The notes beneath the pieces were generated by a model. It was given only the letters and a program-made list of their open reading frames with translations. It did no database searches and was not told the origin of the DNA. A stretch of 64,000 nt of DNA from Bugula neritina (lineage: Eukaryota; Animalia; Bryozoa): NCBI GenBank assembly GCA_964035545.1, contig OZ037767.1, positions 3,860,707 through 3,924,706 of the forward strand, written 5' to 3'. This document shows positions 39,701 to 52,900 of the stretch, one piece after another (position 1 is the stretch's first letter; the number at the start of each line of letters is the position of its first letter). Position numbers and translations under genes: made by a program.

Positions 39701-42700
39701 AATGATTCAGTATAATATAAACTCAGTCATATTGGAAGGTGCAGCTATAAAATGTATTATATTTACGATACAAATTTATTATGCCTGATTGCATCTACTC
39801 CAATAGATTAATTAAATATCCCATAGAATAGTAATTATTATGAAGCTGGTGCATAGCAACAGCAACCATGTGTAGGATACGAGGGATTCCCTTGATACAC
39901 AATGTAAACAATAAAGTATTTGAATCTCCTATCCCTCCTGAACTATATTGAAAGACCACATATAATTCAGTGTAATTATATTGTCTGGCCACTACACTAT
40001 CATACTGTAGCTTTTCATGTTGTGCTTAAATAAACAGCCTTCTTATTGTAAAACATGAGTCTTTTGAACTTATAGATTTTGTGAAATACAATGACATCAG
40101 ATTTGTACAATCCTGTGGGCGAAGCTTAAATTTCAAGTGTTTGCCAATACTGGGGATTGGGTGTCAGCGCAGGTATAATATTTGATTCGTAGGTATAATA
40201 TTTAATTTGATATAACAGATACATACAAGGTGAATAATAAGCTCGGTTTGGCACTGAATGGATATATATATGGTTTTTATGGCTTGTACAGGTCTGGTAA
40301 GATTGTGTTAAGTTCTGACACATTTATTAATTATTATATACCTATATAAGTACTATATATGCTGGTTTCGTAGTTAATATTAAAACAGAGAATACAACTG
40401 CTGCATTAATGACTGTAAGTTTATGTAGTTAATGTAAGTGTGTATGGTTAAGGTAAGTGGGTATGGTTAAGGTAAGTTTTAATAGAAATATTGGCATACA
40501 AGCCTAGCAAAGTATAGTACATCATATACATGCAAGTCTGGAAGAACATGTAAGAATTAATAATAATAGTAAGAATAACACTAATAATAATATAATGATA
40601 CTATAATAATTTAATATAAAAAGACCAATAAAATATGAATTTGTATGTATGAGTTGTGAGATATTGCTTGGAAATAGCATTATTATTAAACAAGATTGTA
40701 ATGCAAAAGGTGGAATTATTTATTATAAAGACAAGGGGGTGGGGGTTAGATTGTGCTGCTGTCTTAATATTGTTTAAAAACAGCAGCAGGTAATCGGCAG
40801 GTAGCAGGTGACCGCTGGTATGGATAGATAAAAGTTTGTTCTATTGTTACAATATCCAATATATGTGATGGTTTTAGAATCTGGGGAAAGTTTCGGTGAA
40901 GTAGCGTTGCTCTCGGACAACGCTGAGAGAAATGCCTCGATAGTAGCTGACATGGACGGCATGGAGTTGCTGGTTGTGGACAGGGAACTCTACAGTAGAA
41001 CTGTCAAGGTTAGACAGTGAGATAGTAGTTTTAACTTGTTAATTACTTTACGAACTCATAAAAGTTTATAGTCACTATCCTTGTCAAAAACCCTGATGGA
41101 AAAGGTTTTTTAAATCAAGCTGAGGATTTATTTATATGGTGCAAAAGAGCAAATATGACTGAATGCTCTTCCTAACATCACAGGTGTTTGGACTTAACTG
41201 CTGACCTTGTGTTTATTAGGCCAGCAGTCTAAACACTACACCATGGCTTCCTCCTTACTCTATAGTCTAGACTTTAGAGTCTATATTTCTTACTATATAC
41301 TCTATAGATCACACTTCATAGTATATATTATTTAGTATATAAAATATACTCTATAATAACCTTCTTATAACACAGCTAATGTCAACCAACATAGTTTAGA
41401 TCAAAACCTCCAGAAACCAAAGTGTCATGCTAGACTTGTATGCTAGACTTGTAGGAGTGTTGGTAAGCTTCTATTTTGTTCAGAGCTGCTAAATGTCAAA
41501 CGTTTCATGTGTGATGAAATTACAGTCTGTTACTGGGGAATTTTAGAGCAAAGAATTTAATGCATGTAACTTTTCAGGGTTTAGTTAGTTTTATATGGAA
41601 TAGAATTAGCTTTTAAAACAGTACATACTCTTTACTCACTTTTTCTGTAGCTCTTGCCTAAATATAACTTCTAACTGTAAGTTCCAAATAATGGTGGCAG
41701 ATTCCAATAAATGGATTTCACGCATAATATAGTTTGTATAATGTTATGTATTGTTGTTTTGTATACTATCGTATATCGCGTATAATGTATTGCATGTTAT
41801 ATATTGATATATTATATATTACAAGATATTCTAAAATGATATTTTTTATGTCAATATCTTGAATATTACAATATATTTCAAACACCATTATATGATGTTA
41901 TATTATATATTAAAATTACATAACATAATTTATATTATATATAAATATAATGTATTATATAATGTATTATATAATATAATGTATTATATAATATAGTGTA
42001 TTATAATATATATTTCTCATATATACTAAACCAATGATCTGATGCTGCATCTAATCTCCACGCCAAAGTTCTATGAATAGTATTTCAGCTGTTTTTTCTG
42101 CTGATTCAGGAGAAGCAGCTAGCTGAGTACCAGTGTAAGCGGGCGTTCATCAGCACCCACCCTCTCTTCAAGCACTGGGGGTCTAGGATGCAGAGGCTAC
42201 TAGAGATGAGTATAACTAAGCAAAGTTACTCTTTCAACAACACTGTGGTGAAGCAAGGGCAACCCTATGATGGCCTCTACTTCCTAATATCGTGAGTCTT
42301 CATTTTTCACCTTTGTAGAATGCTAAAAGTCTTAATTAAACTTAAATTTATGGCTGTGAAACAGAAAACCTAGGCAAAAAACAAAATGTTTGATTTTCTT
42401 TTCACAGTGTAGTATCAGGCTGCAGTCATTTGTTTGTGTTTTGCTTTTTTTTGTTTCAAGCAATACAACAACCTAACTCAACTTTCACCTTACGTGTCCT
42501 ATAAAGGCAGTATGATTCTGTTAATAGTACAGCTACTCTTACAGAGTCGAGTTCATAACTTGGAATGGAATTGTTTCAGAGGTCAGGCGAAGGTCATGAT
42601 GGACACGAGTCGGCACCCTTCCCAGTACCCCCGTCTGATGAACCAGGTGAACTCAGCTAAGCACAGGACCCTGGCTCAGACTATGGTCCATGTTAAAAGG

Positions 42701-45700
42701 AACTTTGGCTATGTTGAGGCGGAGAAGCTGGCCAATCAAAAGCACATTGAAATGGCGCTGCTCACCGTTGGGGACGTGTTTGGTGGGTCAAGGTCATATT
42801 GAAAGTACTTTATTTGCGGTGAAAGTTGTTCACCATTTTGTGTATTAATAGATTTCGAACATTCAGAAAGAATTTATGAGCAGTGCTTTGAGGATTTTAT
42901 CTTTATGAGCATCTATCAAGTTGCTGGCCAAAGAATATTGTGGAAAAATGCAAGTTGACATAAATAGTGAAAGTCAATTGTAGTAACATACGTAGTTTGG
43001 GTATCTTATGTAAAAAGTATATAAACTTGTATTTGTATCAGCGATAGCAACCTCAGAATGCAATGAACTCTAACCTATAGCCTGTCTGCTGCCGTTAGGT
43101 TGATTGGAGTTCATTGTGTTACAGGAGGTCTGGAAGCTGCTGTACAGCTGCCGACATACATGGCCACCCTACAGTGTGTCACTGAGACTGTGGTGCTGCA
43201 CATCAACGCCAAAAACTACGACAGACTCGTTGTCAAGAAGAATCCAAAGACACACGAGCAGTTGAGGGAGACGACTTTCAATCATTATACAGATATTGTG
43301 AGTGTCAAGCTCTCTGTATATGATTGTATGTGTGTACGTGTGTTGATTGTTAAGCTTTTTGTGTGTGCGTGTGAGTGTACCTGCATGTGTGTGTGTGTGT
43401 GTGCATGTGAAAGAGAGAGAGATTTGTAAATAAGTATTATATGTGTGACAGAAGATATTGTATAATATTCATAACTTTAAACTATTCTCAATATTGGGAA
43501 CATAACTTCTTTTGAAATGTTATTTGCTAATAAAAATGTACAAAATAAAAATAGCTGTATGCGTAAACATATGTGGCATGTGTTCCTACTTTGTAGTTGA
43601 GACACAGGGCTACCCGTCCCCTACCGCTCATCCAGGCAGTATATAACAAACATATACACCTACAAGACAGTGAGCCTGTGGACCAGACTTGCAAAGTTAA
43701 GTTTAAAGATAAAACAGATAAGGAGCTGAGGACAGCCTACCTTCTCCAGGTATCTCAGTCTAACTTGTTCGGTTTCTGTCGATTTGTAACTCTCATACTG
43801 GTTACTGTGATTTCTGGAGTTTGTATATTTCTCTATTGGTGGTATTATATTACAGAAATTCTTATATAGGATAAATAATATATTAGTATCACTCTAGATG
43901 TAAATTTTTTTAACCATTTTGCTCATACAAACCTTAATTCATTTTTCAAATATTGTGTTTATAAATATTGATATGAAAATCTTATTTTTTCATAAATTAA
44001 TATAATATGTTTATATGATTAACGTATGTTTATATGATCAACATATGTTTATATGAATTAATATATATTTAGATATGGTTTCTATTGCAGCATGTTGTCC
44101 TATATGTTAGCTTTGTTTCTATTAGCTGTATGCAGAAGGAAAGATGCAGCTATTCGAGCCTTGGGTCCCGGACTCGGTCTACTTCCGTCATAAGAGTATC
44201 GAGAGGAGGAAACAGTCTCTGTCGGCTAGAGACAGAATTCTTAAGGAACAGCGGGACAACTCCGTAAATGGCAAACTTCGGTCTCTGCATGAGATGCGTA
44301 AAAGTATGCTAGACGTTTTAATATAGATGGAGTATATAGATTATAAATAGAACATATAATATAGAAAGAGTGGAATATATAGTATAAGTAGAACATAGAA
44401 TATTACAGAAATATGATATAGTAATATAATATATATAGGACGTAGAGTAATAATTAACCATAGTATATAGAAAGAATAGAGTATATAGAGAATATAAAAT
44501 TTATCAAAAATATTCTCATAATTTACATGCAATTAGTTGCAAATATTCCCGGTTTATGTTATGGGCTAAAATGTGGTGCAGAATATTTTACTAAAGAATT
44601 TGTACTGCAGTAATACAGTATTAATTTTTTCTGTTGTAAAAGTTACTAATGCCATAGCAGCACAAACCTTGTATTAGCTTAAATGTGTTCCTTTGGGAGT
44701 TGTTTTCTCAACGTATTTTCGATTGCAGTAATTTGTTTTGTAGTCTTATAGTAGTCTGAAACTCGTTATTTCTAGTCTATTCTTTCTTCGGCAGAGGTTC
44801 TATCAGGAAATGGACGAAGGGCTCGAAGTCGAAGAGAGTTGGCCAATGTGACGCTGGACGAGTTCATAGCTACACAGAAAGTGATGAGCAAGTACACGGA
44901 GTACCGGAGCAAGGAGGACACTGCGGCCGACAAGAGAGAGGAGTTACCTCATCATGCTAATCCCGTCTCCGTGTCTCCCTCCACTATTAAGACTTCCCAC
45001 AATCCTAGCAGACGGTCGTCTGCTAAGCCTTATGTGCAGATCAATGACTCACCTTTACTCCATGAAGAGAAATCTGGGAATACTGCGACTACAGCCGTAG
45101 ACCAAAATCTTATATTAAACTCGGACACTCTGCCCGACAACCCGCCAAATACTCAGCAGCCAAACTATGACATGGGAGCTAAGGTTAGTGAGAGTTTACT
45201 CTATGTGTAAATGTATAGTTAAAAGGTGTTGACAGAGTAAAGCAAGCAAGAGAAATTATTTTCTATGATATAGAATGTTTGTGAAAAATGCAAGCTTATA
45301 TGCTTTATATGCTTAATTTATTATTATTATTATTAAAAATTATTTCTGGGATGTGGATGGTTTTTTAAAAGATTGCAAGTTTACTTTGACTTTATATGAC
45401 TGGTAAAAAGAAGCAAGTCAATTTCTAGCAGTTATTGGTATTAGTTTAACAAGCTCTGACTATGCTTAACTTATTATTCTTTCATCTTAAGAGTTGGGAA
45501 TTTTTTCATAGTTACAAGTTTTCTTCAGCAGTTTAGACCTTTACCTGAGGCTGGTTTCCAGTTTTAAACATTATAAGAGGGTAAAGGAATTAGTTGATTA
45601 GTATATTATTTTCATGAACATTTTTGCAGGAAATTTGAAAAAACAAGTGAAATCTTAAGTGAAACTTAAGTAAACTTAAACATCATTTAAATGCCTGTTT

Positions 45701-48566
45701 AAACAAACCTATATTATTTTCATTATTATTTTACGCTTATTAATTACTTTACATTATACATTCACCTATGGTATTTTTCTAAGAACTTATTAATCTATAA
45801 TTCATCATCTTGTGTTTAACAGCACATGACTGAGTTTGCTGTTGAATAAGTAATGAGGCTCATTATTTATTGATATGTAAATTCTTGCTAGCAACCAAAC
45901 AAATATTCACCCAATCTGCCCTAATCATTTATACCACATGTCAATATAGTGTTTCAAGCTCCAAGAAATGAAAATTGCTCTTTTTGAATATATCTTGTAA
46001 AATTGAATATGTAGTTTTGAGACTATATATGTGTAATGGAAAGTGTTAATTCGTTATTATGGTTTAGTTTATGAGACGCACAGAGCATGCATAAAGCATA
46101 TATTATTACACATTGCAGCCATTCTAGCAATAGCTTGTCAAAAGCTGATGTTTATTTATAGTAACCTTGGTGTATGGTTTTCAGTGATTCCTCAGGACAG
46201 TTGATTTTTTTTATTGATGTCCTTGTTACTGCTGGTCACATGTAGCTACTCAAGTTTTACTTGTTTTAGTTTCCTGTCCGACCCATGACTGCCGTCCAAT
46301 CAGCACCCACAGAACACACCAATCAGTCCCTCTTGTTGGATGAAGATATTCTACGGAATGCTCTGGGAGACAACTCCTTGGTGGCATTTTTTAATGGTGA
46401 GAATTTCTTCTGATGAAAGAATTAATGTAAATAGAGCTTAGAATATAAATGCAACATGGTATTTTTATAAGTTTAAACACTAGTGTTGGGGTAAATGTAA
46501 ATTGTAATTGGTTGTAATTAATTATATTGCCATGTACATGTAGTTGTAATTGTAATTAATTACATTACTTTTTAACTGTAATTAATTACATTCACATATA
46601 ATTGACCCCAATCCTGGACTAAACACTGGTGTTGGGCAGAATCCCACGCTTGTACTTGTTTATAACGCACTCTTTTCTCAGAAACTGTAATGTCAATACC
46701 TTCAATAATAAAATATTATATTGTTTGTTTTAAGTCTTAATTCCTATGAGAATCCTAAAGGTGAAGGTCTTCTGAGCAGTGTCTCCCACTGCTCATGTAC
46801 TATGGTGAGAGTGTTTTGACAATATTTCTTTTCACAGTTATGGAAGCGATGAGTCGTAGAAGGCAGATGAAGAAGTACAAAAGTCGCCCAGTTTCAGCTC
46901 CTAATATTACTACCAACGATGATAGCATAGATTCTGATGAAGATATCAGAGGGGGAGATAACTTTGAATATGTTGACAAGGAGTCTAGTCATGAGGTGCC
47001 CTTAGATGTATAGTTATTTATTTGATGATTCGTGTATGTCTGTAGGTCTACACTGATTATTTTAGATGTTATGCCACTGTTTTCTCTCATTAAATTACTA
47101 ACTAGAAATTGTTTTACAATCAGAGGCTATCTGAGTGTCCTATAAATTTAAATTTCAGAAGAATAATTTTAAATGAATAAACTGAATTTATATATTCTAA
47201 ATAAAATGCTTTATTTTCCCCACTCTCTTAGCATCTGTTTATTCTTATATTCACTTGTAGTAAGATTCATAGTTATTTGTTTAATATTTTTATCACCAAC
47301 TCCCATGTATGACTGCAGATGTTATTTATCACCAACTCCCCTGTATGACTGTAGGTACTGTATATCACCAATTCCCCTGTATGACTGTAGGTGCTGTTGT
47401 CCTTAGAACAGAGAGTCTCCAATTTCCATAAGAAAATGTTGCAGAATAAATCAGATGACAAAGTTAGAGTAGCAGATATGAAAAGATGTAATATTCAGGT
47501 AAACAATATGTCCTACAAACAACCATTACCTATAAACGTAGTGTAGAATAAATACTAGACATGTGCTATGTCTGTGCACATGTTTGTGTTGTGCGTTTGC
47601 TCTTAGCATTTCAGTATCCTAAGTATGAATGTAAGTATTTTACTCTCTCTCTCTCTCTCTCTGGTCACTTCAACAAACCTAGGAGTTCCTAATTTAATTG
47701 TTTACCACTTTCTAAAATATCTGAAATCTAATACTAAGAATAAAATAGAATAAATACTTGTGTGGATATAAACTGACAGATACTGTCCATCAGGCATTAG
47801 CATTCATTTCCTGAATGGTTTTCGAGCTCACTTAACAGCATGAAATCCACGAAATACTCTTCAGTGACCTTTACACTGTTCAAGGTCATGCGAGGCTCTT
47901 TAGAATAATTTAGTTGCCAATAGACACATTATTCAAACATTTGTATGAAATGCGATTCATATCAGTTGTTGTGTGTGATGGTTACCATCTTGTATCTCTT
48001 ACAAAGTATTGAATTTCTCACCAGAGGTATGTCATTTCCTGTTAAAACTTGTTGAAACTGTTTACACTTTCTCTACTAAGCAGTAGGCGGTATATCTTCG
48101 ATGTTGCTCGTATTCTTCAATTATCACATTGTGAGTCACATCTAATAACCATTACTGAGTAGTAAATGCAAAGAGTGTGTCTATTTTGCATTGCTTATGC
48201 AAAATAGACACATTGTACATTACTGAGTTGTCAATGCATTTGCATTGCTAATGCATTGGGTACTTTAAAGTCTGAAAGATTATGCCAGTCCATACATACA
48301 TTGTACTCAAGTAAGTGCCTCATCAACTTCTGCATCTCATCCCGTGTCATTGACACACTTTTCTCATTTTATTACAGTATTCTCTTCTCTGAAATCTATT
48401 CTTGGTACTTTAGAGACTGAGTCCACCCGTGGCAGGGGGAACTGTGTTTGTAAGACTGAGGCCCTGCTCTTCTAAGCCTTCTGACGGGGACGATCTCTCT
48501 GACCACCACAACCATGTTAGAAGATATATCCTTCCTAAACTAAACACTTTTCAACCTAATCAATAG
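36795..48566 (+). CDS. Protein with two cyclic-nucleotide-binding domains (CNBD2-like invertebrate family); start at 36795 or 37425 uncertain
   Basis: Exons 36795-36863 (uncertain), ~37401-37554 (KSPEDRT), 38090-38177 (IIRQGTTGD), 38819-39042 (CFYIILTG), 40878-41008 (GESFGEVALLSDNAERNASIVA, phosphate-binding cassette), 42110-42291 (HPLFKHW..VKQG..GLYFLI), 42580-42782, 43125-43297, 43597-43749, 44126-44303, 44795-45183, 46270-46396, 46838-46995, 47391-47498 and 48414-48566 (stop). Phases are consistent. Confidence 0.85.
46481..46616. mobile_element. hAT-like MITE with internal gtaatt/aattac repeats
   Basis: Left end tagtgttggggtaaatg, right end attgaccccaatcctg (imperfect TIRs); internal tgtaatt and aattaca motifs in inverted orientation. 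Confidence 0.55.
47291..47398 (+). repeat. 3 x 36-bp tandem repeat spanning a splice acceptor of the CNBD gene
   Basis: tatcaccaa(c/t)tccc(a/c)tgtatgactg(c/t)ag plus 8 nt, at 47291, 47327 and 47363. Confidence 0.92.
48176..48212. repeat. 16-bp perfect inverted repeat with a 5-nt loop (intronic)
   Basis: tgtgtctattttgcat-tgctt-atgcaaaatagacaca. Confidence 0.85.
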
Positions 48567-49937
48567 CCATTGCTTCAAAGCTGAGTCTCTCAGGCAATGT
48601 CTGCATATTTTAACGATATTTTACTGTCTCTAGAGGCATATTGTCACTTTTAGTATCGCTATGAATATTGATAAGTTTAACTGTTTACTGTTACCTAATC
48701 AATATTGTGTTTTTACAATAAAATATTCCTTGTTATTATTTTATGATAAATTATCTTAGTACTTGTTTTGTTTTCGATTAAATAGCAGAATAACAGCAGT
48801 TGAAGATTTACCTTCCCATAGCATTTCTTTGATGTACACCAATTTCTTAGTATATTGTGGGAAACATGTGAATACAGTTTTCTAGCCGAAGACTGTAGCT
48901 AGTGAAGTCATAAAATTATCAAGTTAGTCATTATGAAAGGGACCTGAACTCATTTATTTGGAAACAGTTAATAGGCTACTGAATGCAGAATATCTACTTG
49001 CTATGTAAACTATGTAGGAACTGTTGATTTTTCTGATAGGTCTGGTTTTAGTGCATGGAGAACGATACGTATGTAAAATATGCAATCATACTTCAAATGC
49101 AAAATATATTAATTAGAGATTGTAAAGCTATGCACACCAGTTATAAAAACAATGTGTTTCAAGTCTAAAATGGTAAATAAGAAGCTATCTTATAAGGCTG
49201 ACAATTGAACTATGTACTGTGACAACATAGTTTCTCACAGCAGTTGGAATTATCTCCACTGAGCTGGTAGCTTAGCTACTGCTTGACTTATATCAACTAA
49301 ATCAACTTGAAGCATGGAGATGTTGCTTGCCTTTCCAGTAGAATATTGGGTACTGTGCTTTCTTCATCTTTCTAGTAGACTTGACTTGGTAAACAAATTG
49401 ATGCATGAAACATCAATTTGCATGCATAACGAAAAGAGTGCAGACTGGCTTCTACCTAATACTTTGATTCCACTCTGCATTATTCATGTTGTTGACTGAT
49501 TTTAAATAATTTATAAACTTGACTAGAAATACAGCTTATTCACTGATAAACCTCTTCCTATGCTGCACTTAATTCTACAGATTATTCTGAATCACCAAAA
49601 CAAAGCAGAAATCTTTATTGATATGGTGCTAAAGGTAACTGCAGTAACCCCAACAATACATTCACAACAGACCCTGTCAGATTGCCAATCATTATTTAAC
49701 AATTCTAATGAAAACAATTAAAAATTGTCATGCGGAAGTAGTAGCTGGCAATTTCCAAAATATATGATAATTTTGATGCAATTTTTGCTATTAATAGCAG
49801 CAATGCTCTCAACTCTTGTAATCAATAAGTGGATATAACTTAAACATGAATTCAATTTATTGATTTTCTGGTCCTAGAGTTATAAATAATGATATAGCAA
49901 ATAGAAATCTCTCTCTCACATTGTCACTCTGGCAGTC

Positions 49938-52900
49938 ATGGCGTCCACAACCTCATCTGACAAGTATCTTGTCCAGTTTCATGAGTTTACAGAAGACAGT
50001 GACCTGCACGGGATTAAACAGCTGACTCGGGTTCAAAATGGTTGGGTGAGTTTGCGTGGTGTTATATTCTGCTTTGACCTCTACTTCTTTATCATGAGCC
50101 AAATGCTATTTTCCTATTTATATTTTAATAATATTTAGGCAGGTCTCTTTTCATTACTTCTTAAAACTGTTTTTCCAAGTTCAGTTTCTGGGTCCAGTAG
50201 GGTGTTGAGGTAGCAGTTTTAACTAAAATAGAACTGATGTTAGGTAAATCTTCAACACTGCTCCTAAGCTACACTTAGGGGCTTCTAAGCTAAGTTGGGA
50301 ATAAAAGCTTATAGTCTTAAAAAGCTTCAGTTCTTACAGTGGTTGAGGGTTTTCAAAGAGGTAGTTGATACAAGGGATCAAGGATAAGAGAAGATTTTGA
50401 GTTGACTGAGGCTTTGCCTGCTTAAACGTATATTATTTACATTATGTTTTTATTCTAGATTGATATTATCTTATTTTACCTGCTGTAGGTATAGCAATAA
50501 ATCAGCTCCACATTGCTCAACATTGTTAGTGACTTGAGTTAACTTATTCAACAAGAATGCTGCGTCCATTTACAAAGTAGAACTGTATTCTTCCAGTAAA
50601 TAATTATTCAATTTTATAGCAAGTTTATTGATATAAGGTGATTACTTGCTATATGCAAATTAATCCAATTAACTTGGAGTTTAACCTGTTACAAGTTGAA
50701 GCAGTTTTACTGATTTTAATTATCCTTTTACATCTACAATTGTTCATAGGTTGAATTTTGAAAGCTATGGATACTGTAACTGTTAATAGTTTCACACATT
50801 TCACTCTGCTTACTTGCAGGGTACTTTGATCTCAAAGTGTAGTCAAATGCAGTATGAAAAAAGTTTAGAAAAAAAGCCATATGTTTCAGCTGACAAATTT
50901 TGCAACTGCTGTGTTATTTAGCTATTTTTAACCTGCTCCTTCAACTAAAATTTATAGACGAATAAAGGAACATGAACTTGAATTAGAAATCTCTACTGAA
51001 TTATTGTGCCCAAATGTCAAAGTTAAGAAATGTAGAAACTGACAAATATTTTTTAATTTTTCAACAATCTAGAAATGCTGCTCTAGTGTAGTATCCTATA
51101 GCTTTTACATAAGTTTTGCATGAATTCTTACACCCTGCCATTGTAAAAACCTTAAACAATTGCCTAGATATTATGAAAATGTAATATAGCAACATTCTTC
51201 AAATGTTGACATTTCTGACATCCATAACCAAAGTTCACAAGTGAATATTTTTGCTAATTGCTAAGAATTTCTGCATTTAGTGAGTGACCTGAGAATAAAA
51301 GTTTGACTTTTAAAATCTAGTTATTCTTCCGTAGAGTTCTATAACATGTGGCAAATTTAATCATTCTCTAAACACTTATAATTATTTAAATACTTGGTGA
51401 AGCACTTAGAAATCGATGTGCTGCCAAGGTATTATAACTATGATGCATATTGCGTCTTTTATTATGTGTGTTATGCACATATAACGTTGCTATTATTCAA
51501 TACTATATGCATGTAAATAAGTTTGAAAAGCAATAGTCTGAAAGCATAAAACTATACAAGACTTGATGTCTACTGTCTTACTTTTAAATGTTGAAATAAT
51601 TTATTTCTCTTCAGAGACCAGGTTGGACTTGACAAGAATTATTTGCCAGAGGTTTTTGCAGAATTCTGTTAGTCCATGACTTGATACGTTTGATGAGTCT
51701 AAAGTTGCAAACTGTGGCATATTTCAATTAGATAACTTCATCTTATAAGAGTGATTGACAGGGTTATTCATGAATCTAGATGAACATTTGCTAATAGGGA
51801 TACTCAACAGTTTACAAGTTGTGTGCTCAATCCTCCTTATTATTAAACTGAGAAATTTTAAAACCTGCAGCTAAATTTGCGCTAAGCAAAATGCGATAGT
51901 ATAGCGTTCATTTCTTATATGTTTATAGTTTAGTTCTGAAGAGCTATTTTATATACATATCCATATATCACAAAAAATATATCCTGGTGTATAAAAGTTT
52001 CTTCCCTGAAGAAATTAAATGATTATCTTAACAAGAAATTATGTGTTAGTTTCAACTAAAGATCAGTAACGAAGCATATTTTGTTAAATTCGACTCACTA
52101 CTTAATCTGTTTAACTGCACAGGTTAGCAAAACATCATGAAATATTTTATAAATAAATCTAATGCAATTAAGAAAATTGCTTTTGCTCTATAGAAAGTGA
52201 ATTTGCCTTTCTTTTTCCAGGTCACCATATTTAACATTAAATTTTAATTAAAATTCAAAAGCTTTTTAAAATAATATTGTCACATAATTTAGTGAGTTGT
52301 TGAACAGTTGGTGAGGTCATTTATTTCTCATTTTCTAATGCATTTCTTTCAAACACATGCTTTTCAACATTTGCGTTTCAAGGGCGGTAAATAGATTTAG
52401 AACTTAACTTTTCATTAGTTTAAAAGTAGTTTCTGTGTTTGGTTAAGTCAAAGAACTTTTATAATAATGAGAAACCAATTAATTGGCTGCATAAAAGCCT
52501 CGTTTAGCTCTAGTAAGCCATAAGGATTCTCTATATCCTATAATAACATATTTTAATCAAGAAAAGTTTCTTCTTTAACTAACCATCTATTTTTAAGCTT
52601 GTTAAAATAAATAATAAATCAAATTCTATACAAATTATATTATCTAATAGTTTCTATAGCTATTGACACCTTAAAATCTTAGTGCATCATTCACGTACAT
52701 CTAGCATTTAAACTCTAAATGTTTGTGATTATGTTTATGATTTTTTATGTTTGTATCTTTTAATTGACCACACAGGTTTGGCATTAAGGAATTTTGAGTG
52801 GTATGCTTAATGAAACACAATCTCTGCTGTTTGCTGAATGCCTGAATAAAATCTTATTAATTGGTTTTACTAACATTATTATTAAAATAAACTGTCAGTT

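Noticed and set aside
41110-41250. tRNA/SINE-like remnant (similar traces near 3315-3380 and 35060-35125)
   Set aside because: Too degenerate to define boxes or boundaries
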